IMG/VR virus record: IMGVR_UViG_3300028920_002946
Coordinates: 64,001 to 128,000 of that record
Reading direction: 5' to 3' (one strand)
Source: a virus
Length of the DNA stretch: 64,000 nucleotides
Positions 45,101 to 53,128 of the stretch are shown here, piece by piece. The notes below the pieces were generated by a model. The model ran no database searches. It saw nothing but the letters and a program-made list of their open reading frames with translations, and was not told the origin of the DNA. Each line of letters starts with the position of its first letter. Position 1 is the first letter of the stretch. The position numbers and the translations under genes were made by a program.

Positions 45101-46192
45101 CTCCGGGCCCGTCTCGTAGGTGACGAGGCCCGTCGCGTGGCCCGCCATGAGCGAGCCGACCATGAACTTGCCGTCCTGGTCGACGACCCTGGGGGTCACC
45201 GACTCGGAGTTGAGGGCCTCGGTCCCGAGGCCCTGGTTCAGCCCGGTCGCGAAGGCGCCCTCGTCGACGACGGCCCCCGGGAACCTGCCGTCGAACCCGG
45301 TGAGGCCGAGCTGATCGACATCCCGCTGCGTGTAGCCGCCGTGCTCCGTCCTCCAGGACAGCTCGTCGACGCTCTTTACCCGCTTGTCGTAGGTCGAGAG
45401 CAGGTCGACGATGTCGGCGTCCGCGATGTTGTCGCTGAAGGCGTGCCTGTAGATGACCGCGATGGGCACCTTGTAATCGTTGTCGGTCGGGTCGGTGTCG
45501 TCGGGGGACACGCCGCCGAGGAACTCGGTGTGCGTGAATATGTTCCCGTTGATCGGGTCCGTCCAGCCCTCGCGGACCCGGATGTCGATGACCGCGCGGA
45601 GCCTGTTGGCCGTGTCCGTGCCGACCATCGGGCTCTTCATGCTCGTGTCCTTGTAGACATCGAGGTCGGTGCCCGACACCGAGGAGACCTCCTCGAAGTG
45701 GAGGTGCACGTAGACGATGTCGATGCGCTCGGCGTCCGGCGTGGTCAGCGCCGGTATGGGCGTGATCGTCTTGTACTTGTCCGTCTCGGTGGCGAGGTCG
45801 GGATCGGCGCCGTACATCTGCTGGTTGTACTCGACGTCCCCCGCCAAAAAGACGTAGAAGCCCTTCACGTAGAGCGCCGAGGCGTGGTCGAGGCTGCCCC
45901 CGCCCGCGTTGCCGCCCGTCACCGTGAAGTTGCGCACGGTGGTGACCCCGGACTCCTTGACCTTGAAGGCCTCGGCCGTCGACACCGCCGACGCGGCGTA
46001 CGGGTTGTACGGGGCCGCGACATCCCCCCAGGCGCGCTGGACGCCGCGCCGGGCCTGGTCGAGCAGGCCGATGCCCATGTCGCGCACCTCGTCGTCGAGG
46101 AGCGGCCTGTTCCGCTGGGGCCACATGTAGAAGTAGCGCCTGCGCTCGTCGTAGACTATCACGTTCGAATAGTTGCCGGACTTTCCTGCCAT
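42164..46192 (-). CDS. Large tail/baseplate or fiber-like structural protein, 1342 aa
   Basis: N-terminal 'QRNRPLLDDEVRD' domain as in baseplate/fiber proteins; beta-rich Gly/Thr/Val body; 12 G-x-T-G motifs. Confidence 0.65.
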   Translation of the reverse strand: MAGKSGNYSNVIVYDERRRYFYMWPQRNRPLLDDEVRDMGIGLLDQARRGVQRAWGDVAAPYNPYAASAVSTAEAFKVKESGVTTVRNFTVTGGNAGGGSLDHASALYVKGFYVFLAGDVEYNQQMYGADPDLATETDKYKTITPIPALTTPDAERIDIVYVHLHFEEVSSVSGTDLDVYKDTSMKSPMVGTDTANRLRAVIDIRVREGWTDPINGNIFTHTEFLGGVSPDDTDPTDNDYKVPIAVIYRHAFSDNIADADIVDLLSTYDKRVKSVDELSWRTEHGGYTQRDVDQLGLTGFDGRFPGAVVDEGAFATGLNQGLGTEALNSESVTPRVVDQDGKFMVGSLMAGHATGLVTYETGPEMLHDGEIVSSELSAGSVYVGYDRGYTGMAGSTGAREYRHNVSVYARGESGTVGVEVVMEDGETGAYAALVRARETGLPRNYVSVDHMGRVGLNTMEPGWEPPKDSYGLSGSNIVLDVNDSARVRGDFIAEGDARFDASVGGRTWVVPAELSELNPAVFGATGAFGVTGAVSAVLVKRGVAVVGESGISGYGYTGVAGQYECYDLLGRRMFTIGDLGPEFDRIIKTLYGAGLREAYHSDYSFLALPGGYDYLQAGDTVSYDILKEDGGHVTGAVTVTQSALDGAEEVRDDIIYNTGWGAPTGLYRQFVYTDYRGTTGSLTDPYTVSTGIGEAFGVQVVENVYGFTGAGYTGAIDDSHGSIIIKEMPEDPVNAEIRSIESVSVSRALLATLDIPFTKYHYYGSGTYGGDVSGIRFAKLDLGEGADAWLFNGDVFFNSVGGNLNRVVFSPNVICRDDVYIYGTLFADQLRFNFARVGRLLVDNDIIVDRDGTFGETLAVGQDARTTLDGMAGSNPNSDPRIKCFVRGGIQGNPLVAESEASDGNKVGDVYLRNAAARAPMYVRFGGTAGSSSDPVGIHLYDRRTTNTPLSTFVIDFSGGIGSTGQATLDVRGDVKAQRGIIVPYLAAGDTTNIDTDYPLYIEGRGYVNGELSVESLRFVGAEAPSGDTDIVTPVNVVVVDNDQLNFHNNEVILRDKKFTITERVYLNNENKLDYAGVTGAKEYYEVMTDTTPPLKGWFGHDTLTFREDEITDLVGSTENDLYIDEITEESKKRYAFKHVNVCTLGTLKVEWTGYAYDPTPIHINADDVIQSYTFESPYFRNRDGGSVINWMPGSRFGDENFIVHVEGNLIDTHPDFPRIYSVEGNLAVYIPKVNWRGYGPKSGDYRSFVLWYPYENVTENFNILNVTQQTLCGGYISAATWKAAVYPRLVKQTRLPFDTSAGSNLERMYNGEWDLDVVFFPEVVGRLANLTGRLYISYVQA

Positions 46193-46206
46193 TCACGTTC
46201 CCCGTT

Positions 46207-48192
46207 CTAGCGGTGTAACATCGCCCCGCGGCCCCCGAATCTGCTGCCGAACCTGACGCCCCTCTGCGCCCGGAACCTCCCGGACGGCCTGTTGAGCTCG
46301 GCCTTCACCCTCTCGGAGTGGCTCCGTATCCTCTGCGCCCGCATGGTCGCGACCCTGCCCGACGAGGCGGCCGTGCTGGTGCTGTATCCCTTGTTGCGGT
46401 ACTCCACGGCGAGCAGCGCCGCGCGGCCCAAGGAGTCGCTCAGGTCGTTGTGCATCCCCTTGCGTTCGGGTTCGTGGACGCGTATGATGTACTTCGACCT
46501 CTGCTCCGCCTGCAACGTCAGCAGCTCCCTCACGAGGACGCTGTCCTTCTCCACCCTGTCGCCGACCATGACGGGGTCGCCCTCCGGGAGGCGAAGCTCG
46601 GATCCGACGAAGAGGCTGAGCAGATTCTGGTAGACGTACGAGTTGAGGCCCTCGTGGAAGTTCCTGTACTCGATCTGCTTGATGCCCTTCTTTATGAGCA
46701 TGGGCTCTATGCTGAACCCGTAGTATTGGTCCATCAGCCCGTGCACGACGAAGAACCTCTTCGTGAACTCCTCGATCCAGTCGGCGATCTCCTGGGGGTC
46801 GAAGTACGACAGCTTGATCCTCTGCTCCGCCTCCCGGCCCTCCTCGCCGTCGACGTGGTCGATAACGGGCTCCTGCGCCTCCTCGCCGTCGGCGTCGTCG
46901 GATATGTCCTTGTACCGGACGTCCGACGCGTCCACCTCGAGCCTGTCGGTCTGCGCGCCGTGGACTGCCTCCTTCACCCAATGGGCCACGGTTATCGCGG
47001 TGCCGTCGTTCTTGAAGCCGACGTCGATGCCCATGAAGTGCGGCACGCGCAGCATGCTGGTGGACTTGTACTTGAGCCCCGGCACCACGCACTGCCTGAC
47101 GATCTCGGCGTCCTCTATCCACCCGAAGAGCCTGTCCGAGAACTGCGCCCCGAACTCGCCCCGGAACGATATGGGGTTCTGCTTGTACTTGTTGCGGAGG
47201 TAGCTGGACGACAGGCTCGGGTCCAGCTCCCAGGACGGGGCCTGGATGACCAAAAGGTCGTCGCAGTCGTCCTCGAACCCGCGCTCGAACTCCTCGTAGA
47301 ACTTGCCGGACTTCGGCCCCGGGGACGAGATGGCTATGATCTTCCCGTCCGGCTCCCCGGTGACGGGATCCTTGAACTTCGCCACCGACGGGGTGACGGC
47401 CTCGTACACCGCCTTGTCGTCGTGACCCGTGCCGGCGCCCTTCTTCTTGCCGCTGCTCTCGTCCGTGAAGAAGAAGGCCATCTCGTCGAGGCCGACGATC
47501 ATGTTGCCGGGGCCGCGGAGGCCCTTGGCGTTGCAGGGCGCGATGCGGACGTTGATGGACGGCCGCCCGCGCACGCCGTACCGGTCGATGTCCCTCTGCG
47601 TGCGGAACTTCAGCCATTGCGACGTGGGCTTGGTCCTGAACTTGCGGAAATACTCCGACCGCTCTATGTGGCCCACGACCATGTTGTAGAGGATGGAGGC
47701 AGTCTCGCGGCTGGTCGACAGGCACGTGAACCGGATCTCGTCCTCCGGCATGATGCCGTAGTGCTCCTGCGGGGAGAACTTGTTGAGCAACCTGTACGTC
47801 TCGTAGGCGATGATGCAGCTGGTGAGCATGGTCTTCCCGCCCCTCCGACCGACGACCATGATGATGTTCGGGAAGAACTTATCGATGCGGCGGTTGAGGC
47901 GCCCCTCGTTGTACAGGTAGTCGGCATACTCGACCTCGTTGAACCTGTACAGCTGCTTCTCGTTGAACTTGTCGTTGATGATGATGTCGCGGTTGGAGCC
48001 GCCATCGAGTTCGAGGCCGTAATAGACATTCAGAATGAAGCGCTGGACGGGATAGAGCGGGGGCACCTCGTTCACCCCGAGGGCGAGCCCCCAGGGGGCG
48101 GTGATGAACTCGAGCGCGTTCTTGTCAAGAAGCTTGGAGTGCTCGGAGTCCTTCTTCGTCACCATGTTGGCGCATATTTCCGAAAGGCTCAT
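46207..48192 (-). CDS. terL: Terminase large subunit
   Basis: Walker A 'VVGRRGGKT', Walker B 'VGLDEMAFF', coupling motif 'ISSP', nuclease 'MGIDVG..NDGTA' and 'HNDLSDS'. Confidence 0.9.
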   Translation of the reverse strand: MSLSEICANMVTKKDSEHSKLLDKNALEFITAPWGLALGVNEVPPLYPVQRFILNVYYGLELDGGSNRDIIINDKFNEKQLYRFNEVEYADYLYNEGRLNRRIDKFFPNIIMVVGRRGGKTMLTSCIIAYETYRLLNKFSPQEHYGIMPEDEIRFTCLSTSRETASILYNMVVGHIERSEYFRKFRTKPTSQWLKFRTQRDIDRYGVRGRPSINVRIAPCNAKGLRGPGNMIVGLDEMAFFFTDESSGKKKGAGTGHDDKAVYEAVTPSVAKFKDPVTGEPDGKIIAISSPGPKSGKFYEEFERGFEDDCDDLLVIQAPSWELDPSLSSSYLRNKYKQNPISFRGEFGAQFSDRLFGWIEDAEIVRQCVVPGLKYKSTSMLRVPHFMGIDVGFKNDGTAITVAHWVKEAVHGAQTDRLEVDASDVRYKDISDDADGEEAQEPVIDHVDGEEGREAEQRIKLSYFDPQEIADWIEEFTKRFFVVHGLMDQYYGFSIEPMLIKKGIKQIEYRNFHEGLNSYVYQNLLSLFVGSELRLPEGDPVMVGDRVEKDSVLVRELLTLQAEQRSKYIIRVHEPERKGMHNDLSDSLGRAALLAVEYRNKGYSTSTAASSGRVATMRAQRIRSHSERVKAELNRPSGRFRAQRGVRFGSRFGGRGAMLHR

Positions 48193-48198
48193 GACCGC

Positions 48199-48945
48199 TC
48201 ATTTCTTGCCGTAGTAAATCTTCTCGGCCTTCTTCTCGAAGCCGTCGAAGTCCTTCGCGAGCTGCGTGAAGAAGATGTCCTCGTACTGCGGCGGTATCTT
48301 CACCTTGTTGAAGGTCTTGTTTATGACCTGCATGAAGAACTTCAGCACCTGCTGGAAGTTCTCGCTGTGGAAGTCGACCTTCCCAACCGCCTTCTCGCGC
48401 TTCATCTTCTCGCGCTCCACCAGCGTGTCGACGAGGTTCTTGAGCATCTTGATGCGCGACAGGGTCGAATCAGAGATGTCCGTCTCCCCGTTCCACACGG
48501 CGTTGCGCCACGCCTTAAGGTAAGCCGCCTCCTCGGCTATCTCCTCCATGACAACGTTGAGTATCCCGAGGGTCGAGTCGTCCCTCCGGACGGTTTCCAC
48601 CAGCTTGTCGTTCGCGGCCGGGTTGGCGAGGGCCTTCTTGATCTCGGAGGCCTCCGGCAGGTTCGCCGCCGCCTGCGCCTCCTCGTCACCCATGGCGTTC
48701 ACTATCACGGAGGTGGTCGGCATCGGGTTGCAGTTCCCGGAGTCGTGGAGGGTGGGCATCTCTATAATGGGGTCGCCCCCGCCAGCCTCGGCCTCGCGCC
48801 CCTCCGGCTCCGGCGCCGGCCCGGACTTCGCCCCGGGATCCCGTTTCCCTACGACGGGGGGCTTTTCCTCCCCGGGGCCTCCCCCGGCCGCGTCCGCGTC
48901 GTCGGCGGCGTACCCGTCCATGACCTCGTCAATCTCGTCTGCCAT
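48199..48945 (-). CDS. Putative terminase small subunit
   Basis: Directly upstream of terL; helical acidic core; SD GGAGAG. Confidence 0.45.
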   Translation of the reverse strand: MADEIDEVMDGYAADDADAAGGGPGEEKPPVVGKRDPGAKSGPAPEPEGREAEAGGGDPIIEMPTLHDSGNCNPMPTTSVIVNAMGDEEAQAAANLPEASEIKKALANPAANDKLVETVRRDDSTLGILNVVMEEIAEEAAYLKAWRNAVWNGETDISDSTLSRIKMLKNLVDTLVEREKMKREKAVGKVDFHSENFQQVLKFFMQVINKTFNKVKIPPQYEDIFFTQLAKDFDGFEKKAEKIYYGKK

Positions 48946-48974
48946 GCTCTTCTCTCCATATGGATGTGCCACCG

Positions 48975-51212
48975 CTATTTGCCGCCGAACTCCCTCTTGA
49001 GGGACTCATACATCATCGACGCGACCTCCCCCTCGTCCTTCACGGACTTGTGCGCCGGACCCGGCTTGAACTTCGACGTGGACAGCGCGCTGTAGAGATC
49101 CGATGCCTGGCCCCCGTGGAAGTCGTTGGCGTACCAATAGATGGCGGCCTCGATATCGAAGTCGCCGCCCTCCTCGCCGGGATGCTCCTTCTTCAGGAAG
49201 GCGCGCATCTCCTGGGCGGATGGATCCTGCGAGGCGGTCTTCACCTTCTTTCCCCTCCCGCCCTTCTTCTCGCCCTTCTCCGCCGGCACGGCCTTGTCGG
49301 CCTCGCGCATGGCGTCGAGGGTCTTGTTGCCGCCGCTACCGTGCACGGTCGAGACATCGTAGGGCTGCTTCATGTCCTCCCGCTCGACATCGGGGTTCTC
49401 GTCCTGGAGGACGGCCTTCATGTGCGGCTCGATGTCCTTGCTCGGGTCGCTCTTGGGCTTATCGCCGCCCCCGGACTTCCCCTCGCCCTTCTTCGTTTCC
49501 TCATCCGCCCCGAGCTTGGACATGTCGAAGAACGCCTTGTCGAGGTCGACCTCGCCGGCGAACTTCGCGCCCTGCTTCATGCAGCCGCTGCCGACGTTGT
49601 TGACGCACCCGCCGCACTTGGACGCCTTCTTCAGCCTGGCGCCCTTCATGATCGGGTAGGTCTCGACGACGCACCGGTCGAGGCAGTTCGCGTCCACCTC
49701 GGGCATCTTGTAGAGCAGGCTCTGCACGATGCCGGCCGCCTCGCCGGCGGTCACGAAACTCGCGATCTTCGACTGCACCTTCTTGAGCGAGACGCCGCTT
49801 TCCAGCGCCTTCTGGGCCGCCTCGTGGATCTGCGTGCGATCCTCGTGTCCCTTGATATCGCCCGTGTGCCACGACCCCTGCACTCCACCGACCCTCTTCT
49901 CGGGACGATACTCGGACGCCGACTTGAACGCGTCCTGCAGGACAGCCAGCAGACTTTCGCCAGCCTGTATCCTCTTCATATACGCATCGGAGGCGTCCCG
50001 CGACAGCCTGTTGGCCACGCGGAGGTTGGTAATGTACTTGGCTGCGACCTTCTCGCTGAACTTTCCGTCCATGGGGAGTGGCACACAGCCGGTCGCCCTG
50101 GCGACCTTCTCCAGCCTCGTGTCATACTCGCCCTGTGGGTGAGAGTTAACAAGGAAGGACGGATCGGTAGAGGCGCCCTTGATAGCCTGGATGGCCTCTT
50201 CGGCTGTCTTGTAGTAGCCAACGTCGATGTAGACGTTGCCCAGGAGCCCCTGCAGGGAGGCAACCTTTCTGAGTTCGTCGCTGTGGGCCTTGATATCACT
50301 CGATGAAAACTTGCCCCCCAGGGACTCGACGATGTCCTTGCCCATGCGACCCTTGAGCGTCTCGCCCTGGACGTACGCCAGGATGGGGCGCGCCTTGGCA
50401 AACTTGAGATCGGACGCCGTGCGCTCGGCCTTCTCCGCAGCGTTGAGGAGCTGATCCCCCAAGGCCTCTGCGGTCGCCTGGACGTCGATGGGCTTGTCAG
50501 CCTCCTTCTCCGGCCCCTCGCCCTTGCTCGGGATGCGGAGAAGGGCATCCCTCAGCGTCTCCTTGTCGGTCACCGACTCGTCGGCGGCCAGCTTTCCCGC
50601 CACGCGGAGGTGCTTGGTGTACTCCGCGAAGAGCTCATCGCCGTAAGGCACTTCGGAGACGACCCTCTTGCCGAGTTCCTTGCAATACCCCTCGTGGTGG
50701 CTCGAGCAGACCTTGCGGCGCGGCTCGCCCACGACGTACTGCGCCAGGCGCACCCGATTCGGGCCAAGCTTCTCGGCGGCCTCGCGGCAACTGTCGAAGC
50801 ACGACAGATCCACGTAGACGTTGCCGAGGAGCCCCTGCTCCTCCGCCGCCTCCTTCAAGCGCGGCGCCGCCTCCCTGATGAGTGACGGCGGGTAGAGCGA
50901 CGCGAGCTTTTTTCCGAGCTCGTCGCCCCTGACGCCCATCATCATCTCCCTGCGGGCGCGCTCCACGACGCCGTCCACCTCGGCGGCGACGTCGAACGAC
51001 TTTTTGGAGACGGGGGCGGCGACTTGCCCGGACAGGCGGGTGCCCACCTCGGGCCTGTTGCTCCACTGCTCAACCAGCTGAGGGACCACCTCAACCGGGT
51101 TCTCCGTCGGTATGTTGTCGACATCCTTCGCTTCCAGGCTCGCCCAGTCGAGGTCGGGCACCTTCGCCTCGTATCCGTTGCCGAGCACCCTGTCCAGATC
51201 CTGCATGGCCAT
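48975..51212 (-). CDS. 745-aa head-associated protein with internal duplication
   Basis: 'GLLGNVYVD' and 'GLLGNVYID' repeats; Cys cluster; C-terminal domain after 'KKVKTAS'. Confidence 0.75.
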   Translation of the reverse strand: MAMQDLDRVLGNGYEAKVPDLDWASLEAKDVDNIPTENPVEVVPQLVEQWSNRPEVGTRLSGQVAAPVSKKSFDVAAEVDGVVERARREMMMGVRGDELGKKLASLYPPSLIREAAPRLKEAAEEQGLLGNVYVDLSCFDSCREAAEKLGPNRVRLAQYVVGEPRRKVCSSHHEGYCKELGKRVVSEVPYGDELFAEYTKHLRVAGKLAADESVTDKETLRDALLRIPSKGEGPEKEADKPIDVQATAEALGDQLLNAAEKAERTASDLKFAKARPILAYVQGETLKGRMGKDIVESLGGKFSSSDIKAHSDELRKVASLQGLLGNVYIDVGYYKTAEEAIQAIKGASTDPSFLVNSHPQGEYDTRLEKVARATGCVPLPMDGKFSEKVAAKYITNLRVANRLSRDASDAYMKRIQAGESLLAVLQDAFKSASEYRPEKRVGGVQGSWHTGDIKGHEDRTQIHEAAQKALESGVSLKKVQSKIASFVTAGEAAGIVQSLLYKMPEVDANCLDRCVVETYPIMKGARLKKASKCGGCVNNVGSGCMKQGAKFAGEVDLDKAFFDMSKLGADEETKKGEGKSGGGDKPKSDPSKDIEPHMKAVLQDENPDVEREDMKQPYDVSTVHGSGGNKTLDAMREADKAVPAEKGEKKGGRGKKVKTASQDPSAQEMRAFLKKEHPGEEGGDFDIEAAIYWYANDFHGGQASDLYSALSTSKFKPGPAHKSVKDEGEVASMMYESLKREFGGK

Positions 51213-51216
51213 ATGA

Positions 51217-51927
51217 CTACTCTCCCCTCAATAGGTTTGCCATAATGCTTTTGCCGAGGCCGGCCGCCACCTTGTCCGTGGCCCCGCCCCTGATGAGATC
51301 GCCGTAGCGGGCGAGGGCCAGCGCGTCGGTCGAGTCCACGACGTCCGACGGTTTGATCTCGTCGATCTCCGGGGGCACCTCGTCGCGCTGCTGCTCAAGG
51401 CGCTTGCGGACCTCGCTCTCCTTCTTCTCCTCGCCATCCCCGGTCGACTTATTCGGCTTGGCCTTCGCCTCGAGCCCCTCGGCGGTGTCCTCGACCTCGT
51501 CGACCCTCTCCTCTATCTGCGCCTTCTCCTTCTTCACGGATGCCCTCGCCTTGGTGCTGAGGCCCCATTTGGGGTTCGTCAGCTCGTCGGCGATGGTGTC
51601 CGTGATGTCGGAGAGGCTGCCGATGGACTCCGTGATGCGGGTCTTGATCTCCCTGAAGGGCATCACGAACCCGCGGCCGCCCAGCATCCCGTCCGGCGTG
51701 ACGTCGGATCCGCGCAGGAGCGCGAGATCCTTGACCGCCGCCAAAAGCGTCCCGAGCGACACGTTTATGTTGTGGAGGGCGCGCTTCAAGTGCTTGGCCT
51801 TGGACGGGTCGTACTCGAACCCAGACAGGTTCCTCGCCGGGGCCTCCTCCTTCGCCTTCGCCTTGGTCTTCCCGGCGGCCGCTGTCTTGGCCATGCCGAG
51901 CCGTGCGGTGATTCTCTGTCTCGCCAT
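51217..51927 (-). CDS. Helical hypothetical protein (MARQRITARL...)
   Basis: Start re-called at 51927; the upstream in-frame extension overlaps another gene and is not protein-like. Confidence 0.65.
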   Translation of the reverse strand: MARQRITARLGMAKTAAAGKTKAKAKEEAPARNLSGFEYDPSKAKHLKRALHNINVSLGTLLAAVKDLALLRGSDVTPDGMLGGRGFVMPFREIKTRITESIGSLSDITDTIADELTNPKWGLSTKARASVKKEKAQIEERVDEVEDTAEGLEAKAKPNKSTGDGEEKKESEVRKRLEQQRDEVPPEIDEIKPSDVVDSTDALALARYGDLIRGGATDKVAAGLGKSIMANLLRGE

Positions 51928-51932
51928 GTGCG

Positions 51933-52583
51933 TTACCCCTTGATTGGTTCGCCGTTGCCGTCGAACAGCCTGGTTATGCGCACGCCGTCGCCGTCCGCCT
52001 CGATGGTCCACAAATCCTTCGTGGACTTGTGGATGAGGTGCTTGTCCCCGGCCCTGTGGAACGCAAACAGGTCGTCGATGCTCGCGACCTTCACGGTGTT
52101 CACGTTGAAGAACGGGTCGACCCCGCTCGTCACCGCCATGCCGGCCACTGACGACGCATTGGGCTTGCCCTGCAAATCCTCGTACAGCCTGTCGGACACC
52201 GCGCGGTCCCACTCACGCAGGGACGCGCATTTCCTGTTGACCCTCTCGACGGCTTCCTTGAAGTCCATATCCCTTCCCTTCTTGAAACCCGGACATCTGC
52301 TGTCGTACTTCATCGGATATTCCCTGCACTGCCTCGGCCGAGCCGCATAGACGCCGCACTCGTTGCCCCGCAGGAAGACGCAATCGCTGCCCCCGCCCCT
52401 GTTCCGAAGGACCGTGAAGCCGGCCTCCGGCCTCGTGTAGCCTTTCAGAAACCGGCCGACGCCGATTCCCAAATGAGCCGCGAGCGACTTGATGTCGCCC
52501 GGTTCCAGCCTCACGACGCCGCCCCACCGGCAGCACTCGCCGCATCTCACGCACTCGAAAGGGCGGCCGTCCACGACGCGCAC
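51933..52583 (-). CDS. YkgJ-like Cys-cluster domain fused in frame to a second protein (internal start 52268)
   Basis: 'FECVRCGECC...CVFL...CGVY..RP.QC..YP'; internal SD AAGGGAAGGG before ATG-DFKEAV. Confidence 0.7.
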   Translation of the reverse strand: MRVVDGRPFECVRCGECCRWGGVVRLEPGDIKSLAAHLGIGVGRFLKGYTRPEAGFTVLRNRGGGSDCVFLRGNECGVYAARPRQCREYPMKYDSRCPGFKKGRDMDFKEAVERVNRKCASLREWDRAVSDRLYEDLQGKPNASSVAGMAVTSGVDPFFNVNTVKVASIDDLFAFHRAGDKHLIHKSTKDLWTIEADGDGVRITRLFDGNGEPIKG

Positions 52584-52586
52584 GGG

Positions 52587-53009
52587 TCACTCCACCAATT
52601 GCCCGCCCGGACCCTCCGAACGGTAGGTTTCCCGATTCAGCTGCTCCCAGTTCTCCCCGAGCCCGCGGGCCGGGACGTTATCCCTCGGCTCCCCCTGCGC
52701 GTCCGTCTTGCCATCGTCCTGGATGATCGTCACCTCGACGGGCAGTTGCTGCTGCTCGTCGAATATGTCCCTGTGCGGCCTCGGACCCTGCCTCCGTATG
52801 TCCTTGATGTTCTTGATCCTGTCCTTGCGCTCCAGGTCGTTGTACATGCTCGGGGGCCCCAGGCCCACCTCGCCGCCGGGGTCGGACGGATCCATTCTCG
52901 TCTGGTAAATCGGGATGTTCACGTAGGGTGACTCGCTGTAGCCCGCCAGGGCGTCCTTGTCGATGAGGGACGCGCACTTCCGTAGTCTGTCGGAGACTCT
53001 TGCCAGCAT
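52587..53009 (-). CDS. Hypothetical protein
   Basis: 'RVSDRLRKCAS' N-terminus; late motif upstream. Confidence 0.65.
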   Translation of the reverse strand: MLARVSDRLRKCASLIDKDALAGYSESPYVNIPIYQTRMDPSDPGGEVGLGPPSMYNDLERKDRIKNIKDIRRQGPRPHRDIFDEQQQLPVEVTIIQDDGKTDAQGEPRDNVPARGLGENWEQLNRETYRSEGPGGQLVE

Positions 53010-53065
53010 GCGGAATCCCGTGGCAAAGGTTACTGGGATAAATCCAAACTCATCGAAGGATGTGT

Positions 53066-53080
53066 AATACTAGATCATTA
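53066..53080 (-). promoter_or_regulatory. Late-promoter-like motif
   Basis: TAATgatCTagTATT; first copy in transcription order, upstream of the terminase cluster. Confidence 0.6.
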
Positions 53081-53128
53081 TGCCCCCGCGCCGGCGGGGG
53101 CCTCGCAACCTAACGGCGCATAAGGGGA

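Noticed and set aside
53082-53101. 8-bp hairpin after the ARH gene as a terminator
   Set aside because: No U tract on the minus strand; too weak to call.
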